Assembly (NCBI RefSeq): GCF_009914755.1
Contig: NC_060927.1
Direction: 5' to 3' (one strand)
Source of the DNA: the human T2T-CHM13v2.0 reference genome, Homo sapiens
Length of the DNA: 64,000 bases
The position numbers and the translations under genes are program-made. Below the pieces are notes generated by a model that had not been told where the DNA came from, searched no databases, and was given only the letters and a program-made list of their open reading frames with translations. Shown in pieces: positions 1 to 14,745 of this stretch (position 1 is the stretch's first letter; each line of letters begins with the position of its first letter).

Positions 1-1779
1 CTTTGCATAATGTCCTCCAGGTTGCCTGGAATATTTTATATACTGGAACAAAAAGCACAAGGGTGACTATGGTAGATCAACAGGTTTGGGTTCTTGGCGT
101 CACCCATATCTTTAACAGGTAACTAACCCATTTGATCCTGCATGGTCCTATTTTAAATGCATCTACTCCATCTTCTAGGAACTCATGTAGCAACTATTCC
201 CAGCATAGACAGAATTTTTTATCCAGTGGAGAAACACTAAGAAGTTTCTCATTCAGTGATCTGTAGATACACATACATATCCAGAATACAAGCACACAGC
301 CAAAATAGGGTATGTCATTCCTGAGTACATGACACAAATATTGAATGATGAAAAAAAGCTACAAGCAGTAAGTCAGGAAATCACAGACACCTGGGAGGGG
401 TGACCCAAGCCCTTTAATTCTGCAGTGAATAAAAATAGCTGAGAGATTTGCTTTGCATCACATGTGAAACCAAATTCTTCCACATTGAGATACATGTTGC
501 TGCTCACTCACTGATTTCTGTTCTAAACATGGAAATTCCAGGAATGTGAGGGGTTCTTTTAATCTCATACTGCATAGTGTTGACCAGAGGTTTCAACATG
601 TGTGTTTTCCTTGATTCAACCAATTTTAAAGAAGTTAAGCTAAAATTTAAAATCAGGAGATTTTACCTAAAAATCTGTTTCCATCTTCCTTTGAAAAATT
701 GAAAGATAGGGGAACAATGGATTGACCTACTGCTGTGCAATAATGGTGCACTTGGCTGAGAAGCAGCTGTTCTCATTAGACAGGACGTGAGCTTTCTAGG
801 ACACCACAAATTTGATCGCTCGCTTTGTCTCTCTAACATTGAGGCTAACAGTTGCCAATCATCATCGCACCAGCACAACCAGTTTGTTGTTTTCCTTTTA
901 GTATTGGAAATATTTATCTGCTGCTCATGTCTCTATCAATCGTGGGGTAACAAATGTCATGCGATGCCAACACAGCCACATGTTTCAAGAACAATGAAGA
1001 GCGTATTTGTTCATGGAAACACAAAATAGTTCTATGCATTTAATAGGCAAACCTTCCTCTTGCTTCACTCATATTTCTATCTGGTCCCTTCAGGCATTTG
1101 AGATTTTTAAATCCTGAGGCCAGGTTTATCAGAGGTTGTATTTTATCCTTAAACGCCCAGAGCTCCTTGGAATTATTACAATCAGATAAGTTGTCAGGGT
1201 AGTATAAAATATCTTCCTAGGCAAGGGAAAAATCTTATCCTGTGCACAGGGACTTTGAATGGGTTTTGAGTTTCTTCTTGCTATTCTTAGTCCCTTGTAT
1301 CCCAAATTACAACAATGTACATTACATTTTAGTGAACTTGAGGTTTCTGAGTACAAATAATACAAGCCCCAAACAGTGAAATTCTTGACTCATATTTAGG
1401 AAGTAAACTTACGTTTTCCTAACTCAATAACTTTCTATTTGCACCCTTGGCATTTGCACTGGGCACTAGATTTAAGGGGTAGGAAAATGAAATAAAGGTA
1501 CAGAATTTACCATTTCCACATCAACAAAGATTTGGAGTTAGTTGTTTTGGTGGCGGCCAATTTGGTCAAAGTAATTTCCTACCTCTATAACTTCTCTGAA
1601 AGCCTCCCAAAAGTATAAAATTATATGCAATCTCAGTTGTTAAAATGTCGTGTCCTATTAAAGATCTATTTCCTTGTCCTATGCCATTGTCCAGAAGTTT
1701 TAAATATTTTTTGCCATGTTGAAATGGCTACAGTATATTAGTTATAATTCTATGGCCTGGAATATAAATAATTACTATG

Positions 1780-2291
1780 TGTTAAATAAAAATTATAGGA
1801 GGCTATTGTTTTGGACTCAGCTTCTGCATAGACCCTAGCAGATCAAAATCAAAATCAAAATGGAGTCACTCATGCTAAATAAAGTTCCATATCACCAAAC
1901 CTAAACTAAGTTTTTATCTGAACTTCCAAGAAATTAGAAAAGAGAGATAACCGCCAGTTTTCCAAAAAGGCCAGTTTAAATCTTTAATCCACATTATAAT
2001 GAAGTTTTTTCTGCTTTAATCTTTACACAAAAAAGGTAGCCTGAAGTAATCTGATATTAACTAATCAGTTATTTTTCTATTGTTGTCTAAAAGTAACTAA
2101 TACACTCTTTGTTCTTTGCTTCTGCTTTCTTCAGCCCTCGTCTGTCTATAAAGCTAAACTCTTCTCTCTTCTGCCCAATTCATTTGAACATTTACTATAT
2201 TTTACAGAGAAAACTGTTGCCTGATTCTAGAATTGCAAATAAAGGTATTTGAGATCTTTAAACTAAATTTGTTGTAGTCTGGTCTTTGACA
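1780..2291 (+). mobile_element. Solo ERV1 (MER4-group) LTR, subfamily unresolved (LTR51/LTR54/MER101-like)
   Basis: TG...CA ends (TGTTAAATAAAAATTATAGGAGGC...TTTGACA); AAAATGGAGTCACTCATGC motif typical of MER4-group LTRs; TATA-like CTATAAAG and AATAAA near the 3' end. Confidence 0.75.
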
Positions 2292-2345
2292 AATAAAATT
2301 TTCTCCATTAAAATATAGCAGAAAAAAATTGTTATAAAAGTAAGG

Positions 2346-2645
<300 letters not shown>

Positions 2646-2727
2646 TAAAGTAATGTTTATGTTGGCTCCACTCATCAGACAGTGAGATGTGGGGAGGTAA
2701 AAGGGATCTTTTAGAATTAGAATAATG

Positions 2728-3055
<328 letters not shown>

Positions 3056-3515
3056 CTAAAAGACACAAACAACCATTGCTGAAAATCGCAGTAGGTTAAC
3101 AAGAATAACATGCATAGCCATGAATAAGCAATGCATTTATATGAAAGATAGAGAATACATGCCTTGCATACCTGTTCATCATGTGAAAGGGACATCTGTG
3201 GATATGAGGCTAGGCCTGTGCAGTGCTTACAAGCAGACTTTAGTTAGTGCTGTCTTCAACAGTGCATTGTGTAACATTGCTGTTCATCTCAGAATTACAC
3301 GCACTAGCACAGAGTTCTGTTTCTGCAGTGAATTGTACGTATGATGTATCTTTTATCTCACGGTAGTCAGCCAGATGAGTGGAGAGGAAAGCTCTCTGTT
3401 TTCTCCATAAGGAGTGCAGAGGGCTCCTTTTTCTTCTTTGAGAGTGCCGCCCAACCATCTTGCTTAAGCACCTGTGGTCTCATTTTCTTTCCATTTTTCT
3501 TGTTTTCGTGAATAA

Positions 3516-3970
3516 TGAGGAAAGAAAAGAGCTTTTATCGAAGGAATGTGAGCCCTTTCAAATTATCAGGCCCAGAAAGGCATTAAAATGAGACAGCAAT
3601 CATGCCCTCCTTCCCTGCTTTTGATCTATGTATTTATCTTTTGAAACTGCTTGCTATTGCCACAAGTAGCTATAAATGAAATAATGCTGCAGCAGTCACT
3701 ATGACTCACACCCTCTAACTCAATAATGTTTAGCCAATCACTAATCAATGCTATTTCTGTAAACCAATGAGAATTCCTGACAAAACACTTTGTATAGCCC
3801 ACTCTCTATCCCAATATTTGCCTTTAAAAACATGCTTGTAATAAAGGCCGAAAGGAGCTCATATCCAGGGTTACTTGGCTCTGAGTCTTCTGGAAAGCTG
3901 TCCTCACTTTGGCTGAAGTCAACTCTTAAAATTGTATTTTGTGCTTCAGCATCTTCCCTTTAGGTTAGCA
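3516..3970 (+). mobile_element. Solo ERV1 (MER4-group) LTR, subfamily unresolved
   Basis: TG...CA ends; GAATGTGAGCCCTTTCAAATTATCAGGCCCAG start motif; multiple CCAAT boxes; LTR-like 3' end (TTTAGGTTAGCA). Confidence 0.7.
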
Positions 3971-4080
3971 CTACTTTTGAAGCATACTACGGATTAAGCC
4001 ATGAATGGAAATATTATCACATTTGTTTTGGTACAAAAGTACCAAGACAGAGTCATATCTCTTATTAAAATAAAAGTTCA

Positions 4081-4376
4081 GGCTGGGAGCGGTGGTTCAT
4101 GCCTGTAATCCCAACACTTTAGGAGGCTGAGGCAAGAGGATTGCTTGAGTCCAGGAGTTTGAGACTAGCCTGAGCAACATGATGAAACCCTGTTTCTACA
4201 AAAAATTAAAAAATTAGCTGGATGTGGCGGTGCACACCTTGTAGTCCCAGCTACTTGAAAGGATGACATGGGAGGATTGCTTGAGCCCAAGAATTTGAGG
4301 CTGCAGTGAGTCATGCCACCTTACTCTAGCCTGGACAACAGTGAGACCCTGTCAAAAAAAAAAAAAAAAAAAAAAA
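4081..4376 (+). mobile_element. Alu (AluJ)
   Basis: GGATTGCTTGAG(T/C)CCA AluJ diagnostics in both arms; long poly(A). Confidence 0.95.
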
Positions 4377-4976
4377 GCAACAAAACACATGGAAGTTTAT
4401 ACAACAAGCCAGCACTCAGGGATTTGGTCAGTTAGGAATTTGAGGGCAGGTTAGCCAGGCAAGGCTGTGCAGTCTATGTGGAACCCTCAGCCCATTCAGA
4501 GCTCTGTTTTGCTCATCTTGTACCCTGAAGTGGAGTACTTCCCCTGGATAGAAGACAAGCTTTTTTTCTTTGCAAAAAGGTGCTTCTGTTGACTTCCCAT
4601 TTCCTGGGAGTGGCTGCATATGCCTAGAGGGGTCACTTTTTCTTATTCATCTTCTCCAGGGAGGTCCTCTTTTTAATTTACACAATAGTGCCCTATAGGC
4701 TAGAGGTAGTTCTTCAGTAGTGAAAGTCCTCTAAGTCCTCTAATATCCTCTAAAACACCATAAAAACATACTACCTTAAAGAATGTAGCTGACTTTGACA
4801 TGGAAGTGCATACCTAGAAGAAAAGAGAGTTCTGAAAAAATTGTATTGCTTCAGGAAATGTTTAGAAAAGTGAATGACTTGAAAACATAGAATGTCTGGA
4901 ATATATCTCCAAGGGACAATGCTCTACTGATCACATACAGCCCTGTGTCAGCAAAAGATGCTGTTCTGTGCATTAC

Positions 4977-5610
4977 TGATACAGGAGTTAGAAATAATTA
5001 TTTAGGCAGATAGTGAGGGTAAGAGAGTCCTTGGTAAGGTTTCCTTTTAATAAAAAGCAGCCCCCAAATCACTTCTTTTCAAACAAAAAGCAGCCTGAAA
5101 AATCAAGCTGCAAGCATAGATGAGCAAGCTAAAAGCTTGCATAGGTAAACGCTGGCAGCTGTGCCAATAGAAAAGGGATACCTGGAAGCTAGGTATGTTT
5201 AACATGGAGGTTCCCCTCTTCCATTTTCTTTGTCACCGCATGTGCAGTAAAAAAACAGGCAACATGGTGCCGGCCAGGTAGAAACCCCATCTGTATAACA
5301 AAAGATTAGGATGGGATGGCCAGCTTCTTCATACACTATGCAAATGGCACACCCGGCCCACCAATCTCTCATGCCCTATGTAAATCAGACCACCACCTCT
5401 TCAAGCCTGTCTATAAAACTTCGTGCATTTCACCATGGAACCAGAGAGCCCTTCTCTCTCTGCAAGAGAGAGAGCTTTTCTCTTTTCTCTTTCTTTCGCC
5501 TATTAAACCTCTGCTCTTAAACGCACTCCTTGTGTGTGTCCACAGCCTCAGTTTCCTTGGTGTGAGGCAACGAACCTGGGGTATTACCTCAGGCAAACAC
5601 TACCGCTTCA
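4977..5610 (+). mobile_element. MER50-type solo ERV1 LTR
   Basis: Starts TGATACAGGAGTTAGAAATAATTATTTAGGCAGATAGTGAGGG, ends CCGCTTCA; TATA (CTATAAAA) and ATTAAA; near-TSD TTAC/TTGC. Confidence 0.85.
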
Positions 5611-5887
5611 TTGCAACCATCTTCATTTTGTCTCCATGTCCATCAACACTACCTCACATAGTAGGGCCTATCTTTAATTGGATGAGTTCCTGAAGAAGTG
5701 CATTCTGAGTTACACTCCGAAGGATAAAAAGGTTGCAGGGTGAATCCTGTGAATGTCTCTATTACTAATAGGTAATTTTAAAATGTAAAGACTGACTTTT
5801 ATGATTCAAATCGTTTCTACAAAACATTTTCTGGAAATTGCCAAAAGAAAATGAGAAAATACCCCTCCCTCCCTGCCACAAATCTAA

Positions 5888-6188
5888 TTTTTTTTTTCTT
5901 TTTTTGAGACGAGGTCTAACTGTCACCCAGGCTGGAGTGCAGTGGTGCCATCATGGCTTACTGCAGCTCGACCTCTTGGACCCAAACTCCTACCTCAGTC
6001 TCCCACCTGTAGCTGGGACTACAGACATGTGCCATCATGCCTGGCTAATTTTTTATTATGTATTTATTACAGAGATGGGGTCCCACTATGTTGCCCAGGC
6101 TGGTCTCGAACTCCTGGGCTCAAGTGATCCTCCTACCTCAGCAGCCCAAAATGTTGGGATTACAGGTGTTAAGCCACCACACCTGATC
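5888..6188 (-). mobile_element. Alu (AluJ)
   Basis: Reverse Alu with CTGGGCTCAAGTGATCCTCC; TSD CAAATCTAATTT. Confidence 0.95.
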
Positions 6189-6929
6189 CAAATCTAATTT
6201 TTCATTCTCCAGCATGTCAGTAAAAGTCCCAGGGTTCACAACTAGGGTGCACATGTGCCTTAGAAAGAGTGAGTGTGTGTGTGTGTAAATGTCATTGTTA
6301 TGCTTCAGCTTTCACATAAATACTCTCAAAGGCATGAAATATTTGTGCAAGCTAACTTTATCTGTGGCATTCTCTTGAAACTAGAATCTGGAGGGAAGGG
6401 ATTACAGAGAGTTGGGAATAAAAGCAGGCCAGGGCTTTTTGGGGACACTTGTCCAGCTTCTGGTCTTCTGTGCCAGTGCTAGTGAGGCTGGTTGTTCTTC
6501 CTGTGTGCTTCTGTGAGCATGAAAATTCTGCCAAACAGTAAGGGAAGTTTTCTTCCAAATTGTACAAGTGCTTCTTTGAGAGTTGTTATAACAGCTAGAG
6601 CAGTCCAAATCCTAAGCCTGTGTTTGGAGCAGCAAAGGGCTTTCCTGGAACAGTGTGTTCAGAAATGTGTTTTTAATTATAAGACTGACCACCTGCATCT
6701 TTTATGCTGTCCTGGGGAGGCTGAGTAGGAAATGTTAGGGTTGACAGTAGGAGAGAATGACCCAGGGGAGGATGACAAGGGAAGGACAGGCATAGTATCA
6801 CCATACTGTAAACCTGAAGAAAGACAGGGACTAAACGATCTACTGGAGTATGCTAGTGTGTGTGTATGTGTGTGTATGTGCATGTGATGGGAACTGTGGA
6901 TGCGGATGAGAGTCTTAAGGTGTGTAATT

Positions 6930-7460
<531 letters not shown>

Positions 7461-8240
7461 TTTGAGTGTAAAAATAGTAATATAAGCAGAACTTAGGGAA
7501 GAAAAGGGGCTTAATAATATAAATGGTAATTATGAAAATATAGATAAATGCAACATAGATTTTAGAACAATATGTAAATATATAAACCTAAATTAATTAT
7601 TACTTTTCAAAAAATAAAATTAATTATAATTTGAGCAGAAGAAATTATAAGAAGATACAGCTGGTGAAGGGGTTGCCAGAGTGTAAGACCTAGAAGGATA
7701 AGGGCTGGTGTCTGTGTGTCTTTGCAACCTCTACTTTCACAAAGCAGTACTCAAAAATGGCAACTGTCTATGGATAATGGATGAAGCTGTTCAATCCTTG
7801 CTTCAACTCTCAACCTCTTTACCCTGCAACCAATCTGAGGGAATCTTTCACACATACCTCCCCATCCTCTTTCACTATGAGGGTTGTAGGTGATGTTTCA
7901 AAGCTTTTTACCTCCAAAAGCAAAGTCAGTGATGTTGCTGAACCTGGAGAAAGCATCTTCCTCAAGGTGAAGGGCAGTAGAAATGCTGGTCAAGTTCTAT
8001 GGGTACAAATATTGATGACTTAAAAACTCTCCTCTACTTTTGCTTCTTATGCACCTCTGGAAAACATATAACATGTAGTAGTGATGCTGCCTGGTCAGAA
8101 TAATTGTTTTAAGCCTCTTATTTTGAAGAAGCCCAGCATGTAATGTTTTTCACCTGAAGAAAATTAAACAGGAAGATGCTCTTTAGTTGACTAAAGTCTC
8201 TATCCTTCAAGCAGACTACAAATAATTTAGTCTTTCTTTA

Positions 8241-8365
8241 TATTCATTCCACAAATATTTACTGAGCAGCTATTAAGTGCACAACCCCAATATTAGGTTT
8301 TGGAGAAAAAAGACAAGTAACCACAGGCATTGTCATTGCTTTCATGGAACTTAACATCTAAGTGA
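8241..8365 (-). mobile_element. L2 3'-end fragment
   Basis: ATTCATTCCACAAATATTTACTGAGC...TTCATGGAACTTAACATCTA matches the reversed L2 3' end. Confidence 0.65.
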
Positions 8366-9224
8366 TTTTGTTGCCAAAATATGATATAATTTGTAGCATT
8401 TACTTCTGACCCCTCACCTCATCCCCATATTTTTGGTTAGTTTCAATCTTGTATTTTCTAAAAATTAGAAACGTTTCTATTGCTGTTGATTCTTTTTCCA
8501 CCCCCAGCTTCTGGCTGGTGGTCAGAGTAAAGGAGCCAAAGTATCACAAGATGGGCTGCTGCTGTTGTGTTTCTGGGTCCTGCCGGAAGTGGAGGTTCTG
8601 GAAGCAAACCAAGGAAGCTGCTCTTTTGGAAGCCTTCCAAATCTGGTTTTGCAGAAAAAAACAAAAAAACAAACAAACAAAAAAACAGATTATTTGGAAG
8701 TTGTGGCAAGCAAAGTATTAATTCTCCTATCCTTCCTAGGCAGGAACCTAAAGCTTTAGAGTCCTGCATTAAACATACATCAGTATAGAGAGGATCAATT
8801 GCAAAGTCCTACTTTTCTTTGCCATTATTAGTTAATTTTCAGGAAGTATGAACTTCCTTGAATCATAACTTCTGTCTTTACCCTTACAGACAATGACAAG
8901 TTATATTTTTAAAAACTAGGACTTTAAATACACTTAATACTTACTTACTCTCAATACTCCAGCTTCATTTGTGATCATCAATCTCCATGATCCCTCTTCA
9001 TGGAGATCAGCTACATATATCACCAGGTGGGGCTGCATGGCTGAATCCTGAAGGACCTAGTCACAGTTGTTGTTGGTATAACATGCCTGATGCAACAAGA
9101 GGCCCATGTTTTCTTTTGTTACTTTCCAATTTCCCTTCCTACAGGCCCAGTATGTACATGGTACTCAGTGAGATGCTGAGGAGCTTTAAACATGCTTAGA
9201 TCTCAGGCTGAACTTACACAGTCC

Positions 9225-9346
9225 TGGGAGACTGAGGCAGGAGAATGGCATGAACCGGAGAGGTGGAGCTTGCAGTGAGCCGCCGAGATCGCCCCACTGC
9301 ACTCCAGCCTGGGGGCGACAGAGCGAGACTCCGTCTCAAAAAAAAA
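9225..9346 (+). mobile_element. 5'-truncated AluY (right-arm fragment)
   Basis: GAGAATGGCATGAACC and GGAGCTTGCAGTGAG AluY diagnostics; poly(A). Confidence 0.9.
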
Positions 9347-9705
9347 GAATGTAGTCTTATAATTTTGTTCACAGTTACATGATTATATACTATACATGTC
9401 ACCACCACTATGCAAGTATCTAGACTACATTTGCCATCTCATATAACGATATTATGGACTGAAAGTGAATTAACCATGATTATGCCGTTTATATACAGTT
9501 ACTATGAATTCTCTAGCATGTCCATTGTAAAATAAATGTGCATAAAATATGCAGAATCATTTCTCTCCAATAATCTACTGGAGTTATCAAAGAGATAGTT
9601 GCCGTGATGATTTAAGAAAGTGGAATAGTTGTGTGCTTGCAATCAATATTATATGTTAAAGATTAAAACCCATACTTTTCAAACATCTGCCTGTAAGATA
9701 AAAGG

Positions 9706-10592
9706 TGTGAATCCTAAAGGAGCCAGTCCTTCAAGGTAGATTCCGAGTGGCTAACCGTGCCTTAATTCAAAACAGAGCCAAGTCATTTGCTGACTAGAGA
9801 GGTCACATGTGTATTCTGCATTGGCAGAAAAGATAATAGCATAACTTTGGGACTTTCATAGCTGTCTGTTCTTGTTCATGCCATCTGAATCAATGGCTGC
9901 TAGAAAATCCTATTTCACCCCTTAGGCCTAACCAATAGACTGTGAGCTGCATCAACCAATCAGAACTAAACAAATTTGCATCCCTCATTTGCATAGTGGA
10001 CCAGAATGGAAACCTGGGCAGGAACTTTCTCTACAAAGGGCAACCCTTCCTTATTTTCTCAGATCACGCCTGTTTTTGTTTTTGTTTTTTGCACGTGTAA
10101 ATCGAGTTTAGGCTAAAACTGCCTCCTTACATATCTTATGTTTGGCATAAAGGTTTCTCTGTACGTAAGTGAACTATATCCCAAATGGAGATGGAAACAG
10201 ACTGTAACCTACTCTCGTGCCAGTAGCCGAGTTTTGGCCAAAGGGGGCCAACTGTTCAAATAGTGTTCAAATAAGACAAACGCCCAGCTGTAACCAATCC
10301 GGCTGTTTCTGTACCTCACTTCTCTTTTCTGTACGTCACTTTCCTTTTCTGTCCATAAAACTTCCTTCACCACGTGGCTGCACTGGAGTCTCTCTGAGCA
10401 TACTCTGACTCAAGAGGCTGCCCGATTAGTGAATCACTCTTTGCTCCGTTAAATTCCGTTAAATTTAATTTGTCTAAGGTTTTTCTTTTAACATCCCAAA
10501 GGCTGCATCTCCCCAGTTTACAAACTGCTCACTGGGGTGAAGTCGCCTTTCTTTTTTTTTTTTGAAAACCCTTTTCAGTGGATTTATTAACA
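9706..10592 (+). mobile_element. MER66-like ERV1 LTR interrupted by a nested MER57 LTR
   Basis: TG start, GAGCCAGTCCTTCAAGGTAGATTCCGAGTGGCTAAC; resumes after 10493 and ends TTAACA; near-TSD AAGG/AAGA. Confidence 0.7.
10096..10493 (+). mobile_element. MER57 (A1/B1-type) solo ERV1 LTR
   Basis: TGTAAATCGAGTTTAGGCTAAAACTGCCTCCTTACATAT...GCTGTAACCAATCCGGCTGTTTCTGTACCTCACTT...TTTTAACA matches the MER57 consensus as I recall it. Confidence 0.85.
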
Positions 10593-10803
10593 AAGATAAA
10601 CCTGACAAATTACTTTAAAAATTAAACTAAACCTATCATCTGTTGAGCGGTGGTCAATACACTCAATAATAGGTGGCTTTTCATTCTCAAATAATTTTCT
10701 AAGTGTTTCCTTGGACACTGGTGTTTCACTATTTATTGTCCTGGAAATTATTTCTAGAAGATAATATTTTAGTGTATGGATCAGGTTTAAAAAAGGTAAA
10801 CTT

Positions 10804-11120
<317 letters not shown>

Positions 11121-11715
11121 TTAAGAAATATAATTTCTCCTTTTCTGTTTTAGCATAACATCGACATTTTTTAAAAAGCCAAAACTTTATATTAACTTTT
11201 TTCCCCAGCCAAGTTATTATTTGTTTTAAGGAATATTCTCAAATTGTACATTTTCTTTCTCACATCATCATTGGATGACATGTAATATGTTATTGTATGG
11301 TTCCTGAAGGAAAATACATGTTTTAACTCCCTGTAAAATAAATGCTCCAAAGGTACTTTATCAGAGAGAATGCTAGTTTGGGTCTTTTTAAAAAAACACA
11401 TTAACAGTGGAAACATTCATCAATAGGGAATTGATTAAATTCTGGCACAGTCATACAATGGAAAGGAACACAGCAATGAGAATGATGCTATATAACTACG
11501 TCTATCTTTCCTAGATGAAGTAATCAGAGTTACATGTAATTTTTGTAATGTATGTGTATATGTGTATCAATGTGGTATTGTTTATTGATCCTCTAAGAAG
11601 TTGTTAGGAAATTCTATAAGAACTTTTCACAACACTAAGGCCACAGGCTACTTTGGAAATTCTGGTACTTTTGTGAGGGTGAGGAGAGCATTCTCCTTTA
11701 CTAATCATGTGGTAA

Positions 11716-12035
<320 letters not shown>

Positions 12036-13524
12036 ACCTTACTGAGAAATTTTAATCAAGAGTACCCGTTACAGGAGCTTTGGTTTCTATTATTTTAGTT
12101 TTCCAGATAAATATTTGTCAAAATTTTGCAATTATTTTATTACCAATAGATCTAATTAAGTTTATATTAAAAACTGACAAGAGAAAATTATATCAGTCAG
12201 CTCTATAGAGGCAAGGAGAAAATTATCACTCATTATATTTTATATATAATCATTCATATTTTATCTTAATCCTTTTCTTTATCAACTCTTGATTTATATG
12301 CCTAGTCAACATTTTTAAAGATAGAAGAAACACTTCAGGTTAGAAGAGTTTCAAAAAACTGAAACTCATTTTTTTTATCATTTTAAATTTGTATTCATTT
12401 TTTTAAATGTGAGATAGGTAAAAATAGAGGCTGTGAGAGACAGGAGGTAAAGAGAGAAGATTTCAGTGGTGTTGAAAAGAGGAGAGATGGAGGAGACAAA
12501 GTTGCCTCATATCAAGAGTAAGAGAAAAGATTTGGTCCTTTTCTTATGAGTGTTGGACTGGGCTTCTTTGTGACCCTAGATAGTTCTTATTCATATTTTA
12601 AGTAAAATTATAGTTTGGAAAGGGTAATATTTCACATCTGAAACTGAAACTTTTCTTTCTTGAGTCAATTAGGTGGATGAGACCTAGCTGTTATATTCAA
12701 ATGTCAGGCAGTCTCCTAAATATTATATTGAGGAAGACTAAGGATTGGACTTCACTCCACATTAGATTTAAACCTTTGCACTATGGCTCTGATGAACAGA
12801 AATTTAATGTTCTTTGATTTTCCAAAAAATGGAACCTAATTCACAAGTCTTTATGTCTGCTGTGTAATGACAACCAATTCACACTTGTGGGTAACCCAAC
12901 CTTTGTTGACAGCAGTGCCTTTCAGGTAATTGTTCAGTAATACAGGATTCCAACAATCAGTTAAAGTTCAAGCTCCCAGGAAGAGCTGTCTTCCTCACAA
13001 GGGCCTGCCCTTTCTTTTCCTTGGGTTGACACTTGGGTGAGGAGAGAAGATTCACAGGAGTAGGGCAGAGGGACGGAATACTCTGCCTATTGTCCTTTTG
13101 TCCTCTCTGGCCTCTGCTGTAGCTCTAGGCCTTGGTTTTTACATCAGTATCTTCTTATCATCTCCAGCTGGTAGAGGAGAGAGGCAGAGCTACATAAATA
13201 ATCTGGGGAAAGGGAAAAAAATGGACAAAAATTTCCCAATTGCATTTTTCCACAACTCATTTGTGTTTAGTTTTCTGCCAAAAATAAAGAAGAGGTTTAC
13301 AGAGAATAGATGCCTTCTATATTAAGGGAATGATAGAAATATTACTTCATTATTATCTCCTTCAAATATCAACCAGCACACAAATGCCAGTATTTCATCC
13401 TATGAATAAATGTGAAGACACATTTATCTCATAACTAAAAGTTCTGTAAAGCATTTAAAAATGCTTATAGTTTATACTTATCATTACACAAAAATGCATA
13501 TAAAATCCATTATTCTGTGCCCTC

Positions 13525-14745
13525 AAAAATATTCATTAAGGGTCCATGTCCCCAGTTACTTGGGGGAAATAATGACAAATTAGACCCTGTCCTTATGGAG
13601 TTTACAGTGTATTGGCAAAAAACAGTTGTCAAAAAAGCTATGAAAATAAAAATTGATGACTGTTATGATAGGGGAAATATATGGGGCTGACAGAGCATTT
13701 GGCAAGGGAATGGAGATTGAGTTTGAAATTGGAAGGACATGTAAGAGTAAATCTCTCTATGCCAAACAGAGAACAGCATGTGAGATGCCTTGAGATGGGG
13801 ATGGCCATACTTTAAGAGAAGCCAATGGAGCCTCATCACAACTAGCAAATAGTTGTGGCCCAAAATGATGCTGGAGAAAAGCCAACTCTGAAACTTAAGG
13901 GGTATATTTACAACCTTGGAATTTATTCTGAGGGCAATGGGAAGGCATTTACTGGTTTTAAGTTAGATACTTATTAAAACAACCAGCCTGGTTGGAAAAT
14001 GTATAATATTGTTGTAGGCCCCAAGTGGGTATGTGAGGTCAAAAATTTAGGTTGACAGCTGGCAGCAAAGGATGAAAAGAAGATGGACAGATTCAGGAGC
14101 TATTAAGAAAGTAAATTCAACAAGACCTGCTGATGGATTAAGTATGGGAGTGATCAAAGGGAAGAGTCAGTGGTGACTCCCCATTTGTCCTTCTGGTAGA
14201 TGCTGTGCCAGTTGAGGGCATATGGGACAACAAAGAAGGGAAGCAGGTTGCAGATATGCAAGAGAGGAAGAGCTCCCTTTTGCATATATTCAGTTCGAGG
14301 AGTCTGTTGGGCCTGTATGTGGTTAGGAGACAATTGACTAAATAGGACTAGAGTTCATTGGAATTGGAAGTGCTTGTTGAAATCACCCGATATACTTGGC
14401 AGCTAAAGCACTGAGAACAGATGTGACAGCCTAGGAAGACAACATAAAACTAGAAGAGGATGCAAATCAGGACCCAAGGAAACATGGTGTTGAAGAAAAG
14501 GCAAAGGAAATGAAACTTTGAGAAGGAAAGGCCGAAACAGGTAGAAGTATCAGAGAGGACAAGGGAAGACAGCATTTCAAGAAGGAAGAAGTGGTCAAAA
14601 TTGGTCAATGTTGCTGAAAAGCCAAGTAACATAACTTTTGAAAGTGGTCATTCACAAATTTGATGAGAAAAATTTCAGTGACTTTCTAGGGCCAGAAGAC
14701 CTTAGGATTGAAACAAAGTGAAGGAATGGATCTAGGGTAGAAGAA
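13525..14745 (-). mobile_element. Long L2 fragment
   Basis: Purine-rich reversed L2 motifs (CCCTGTCCTTATGGAGTTTACAGT, TTTATTCTGAGGGCAATGGGAAG, CAATGTTGCTGAAAAG); ends approximate. Confidence 0.75.
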
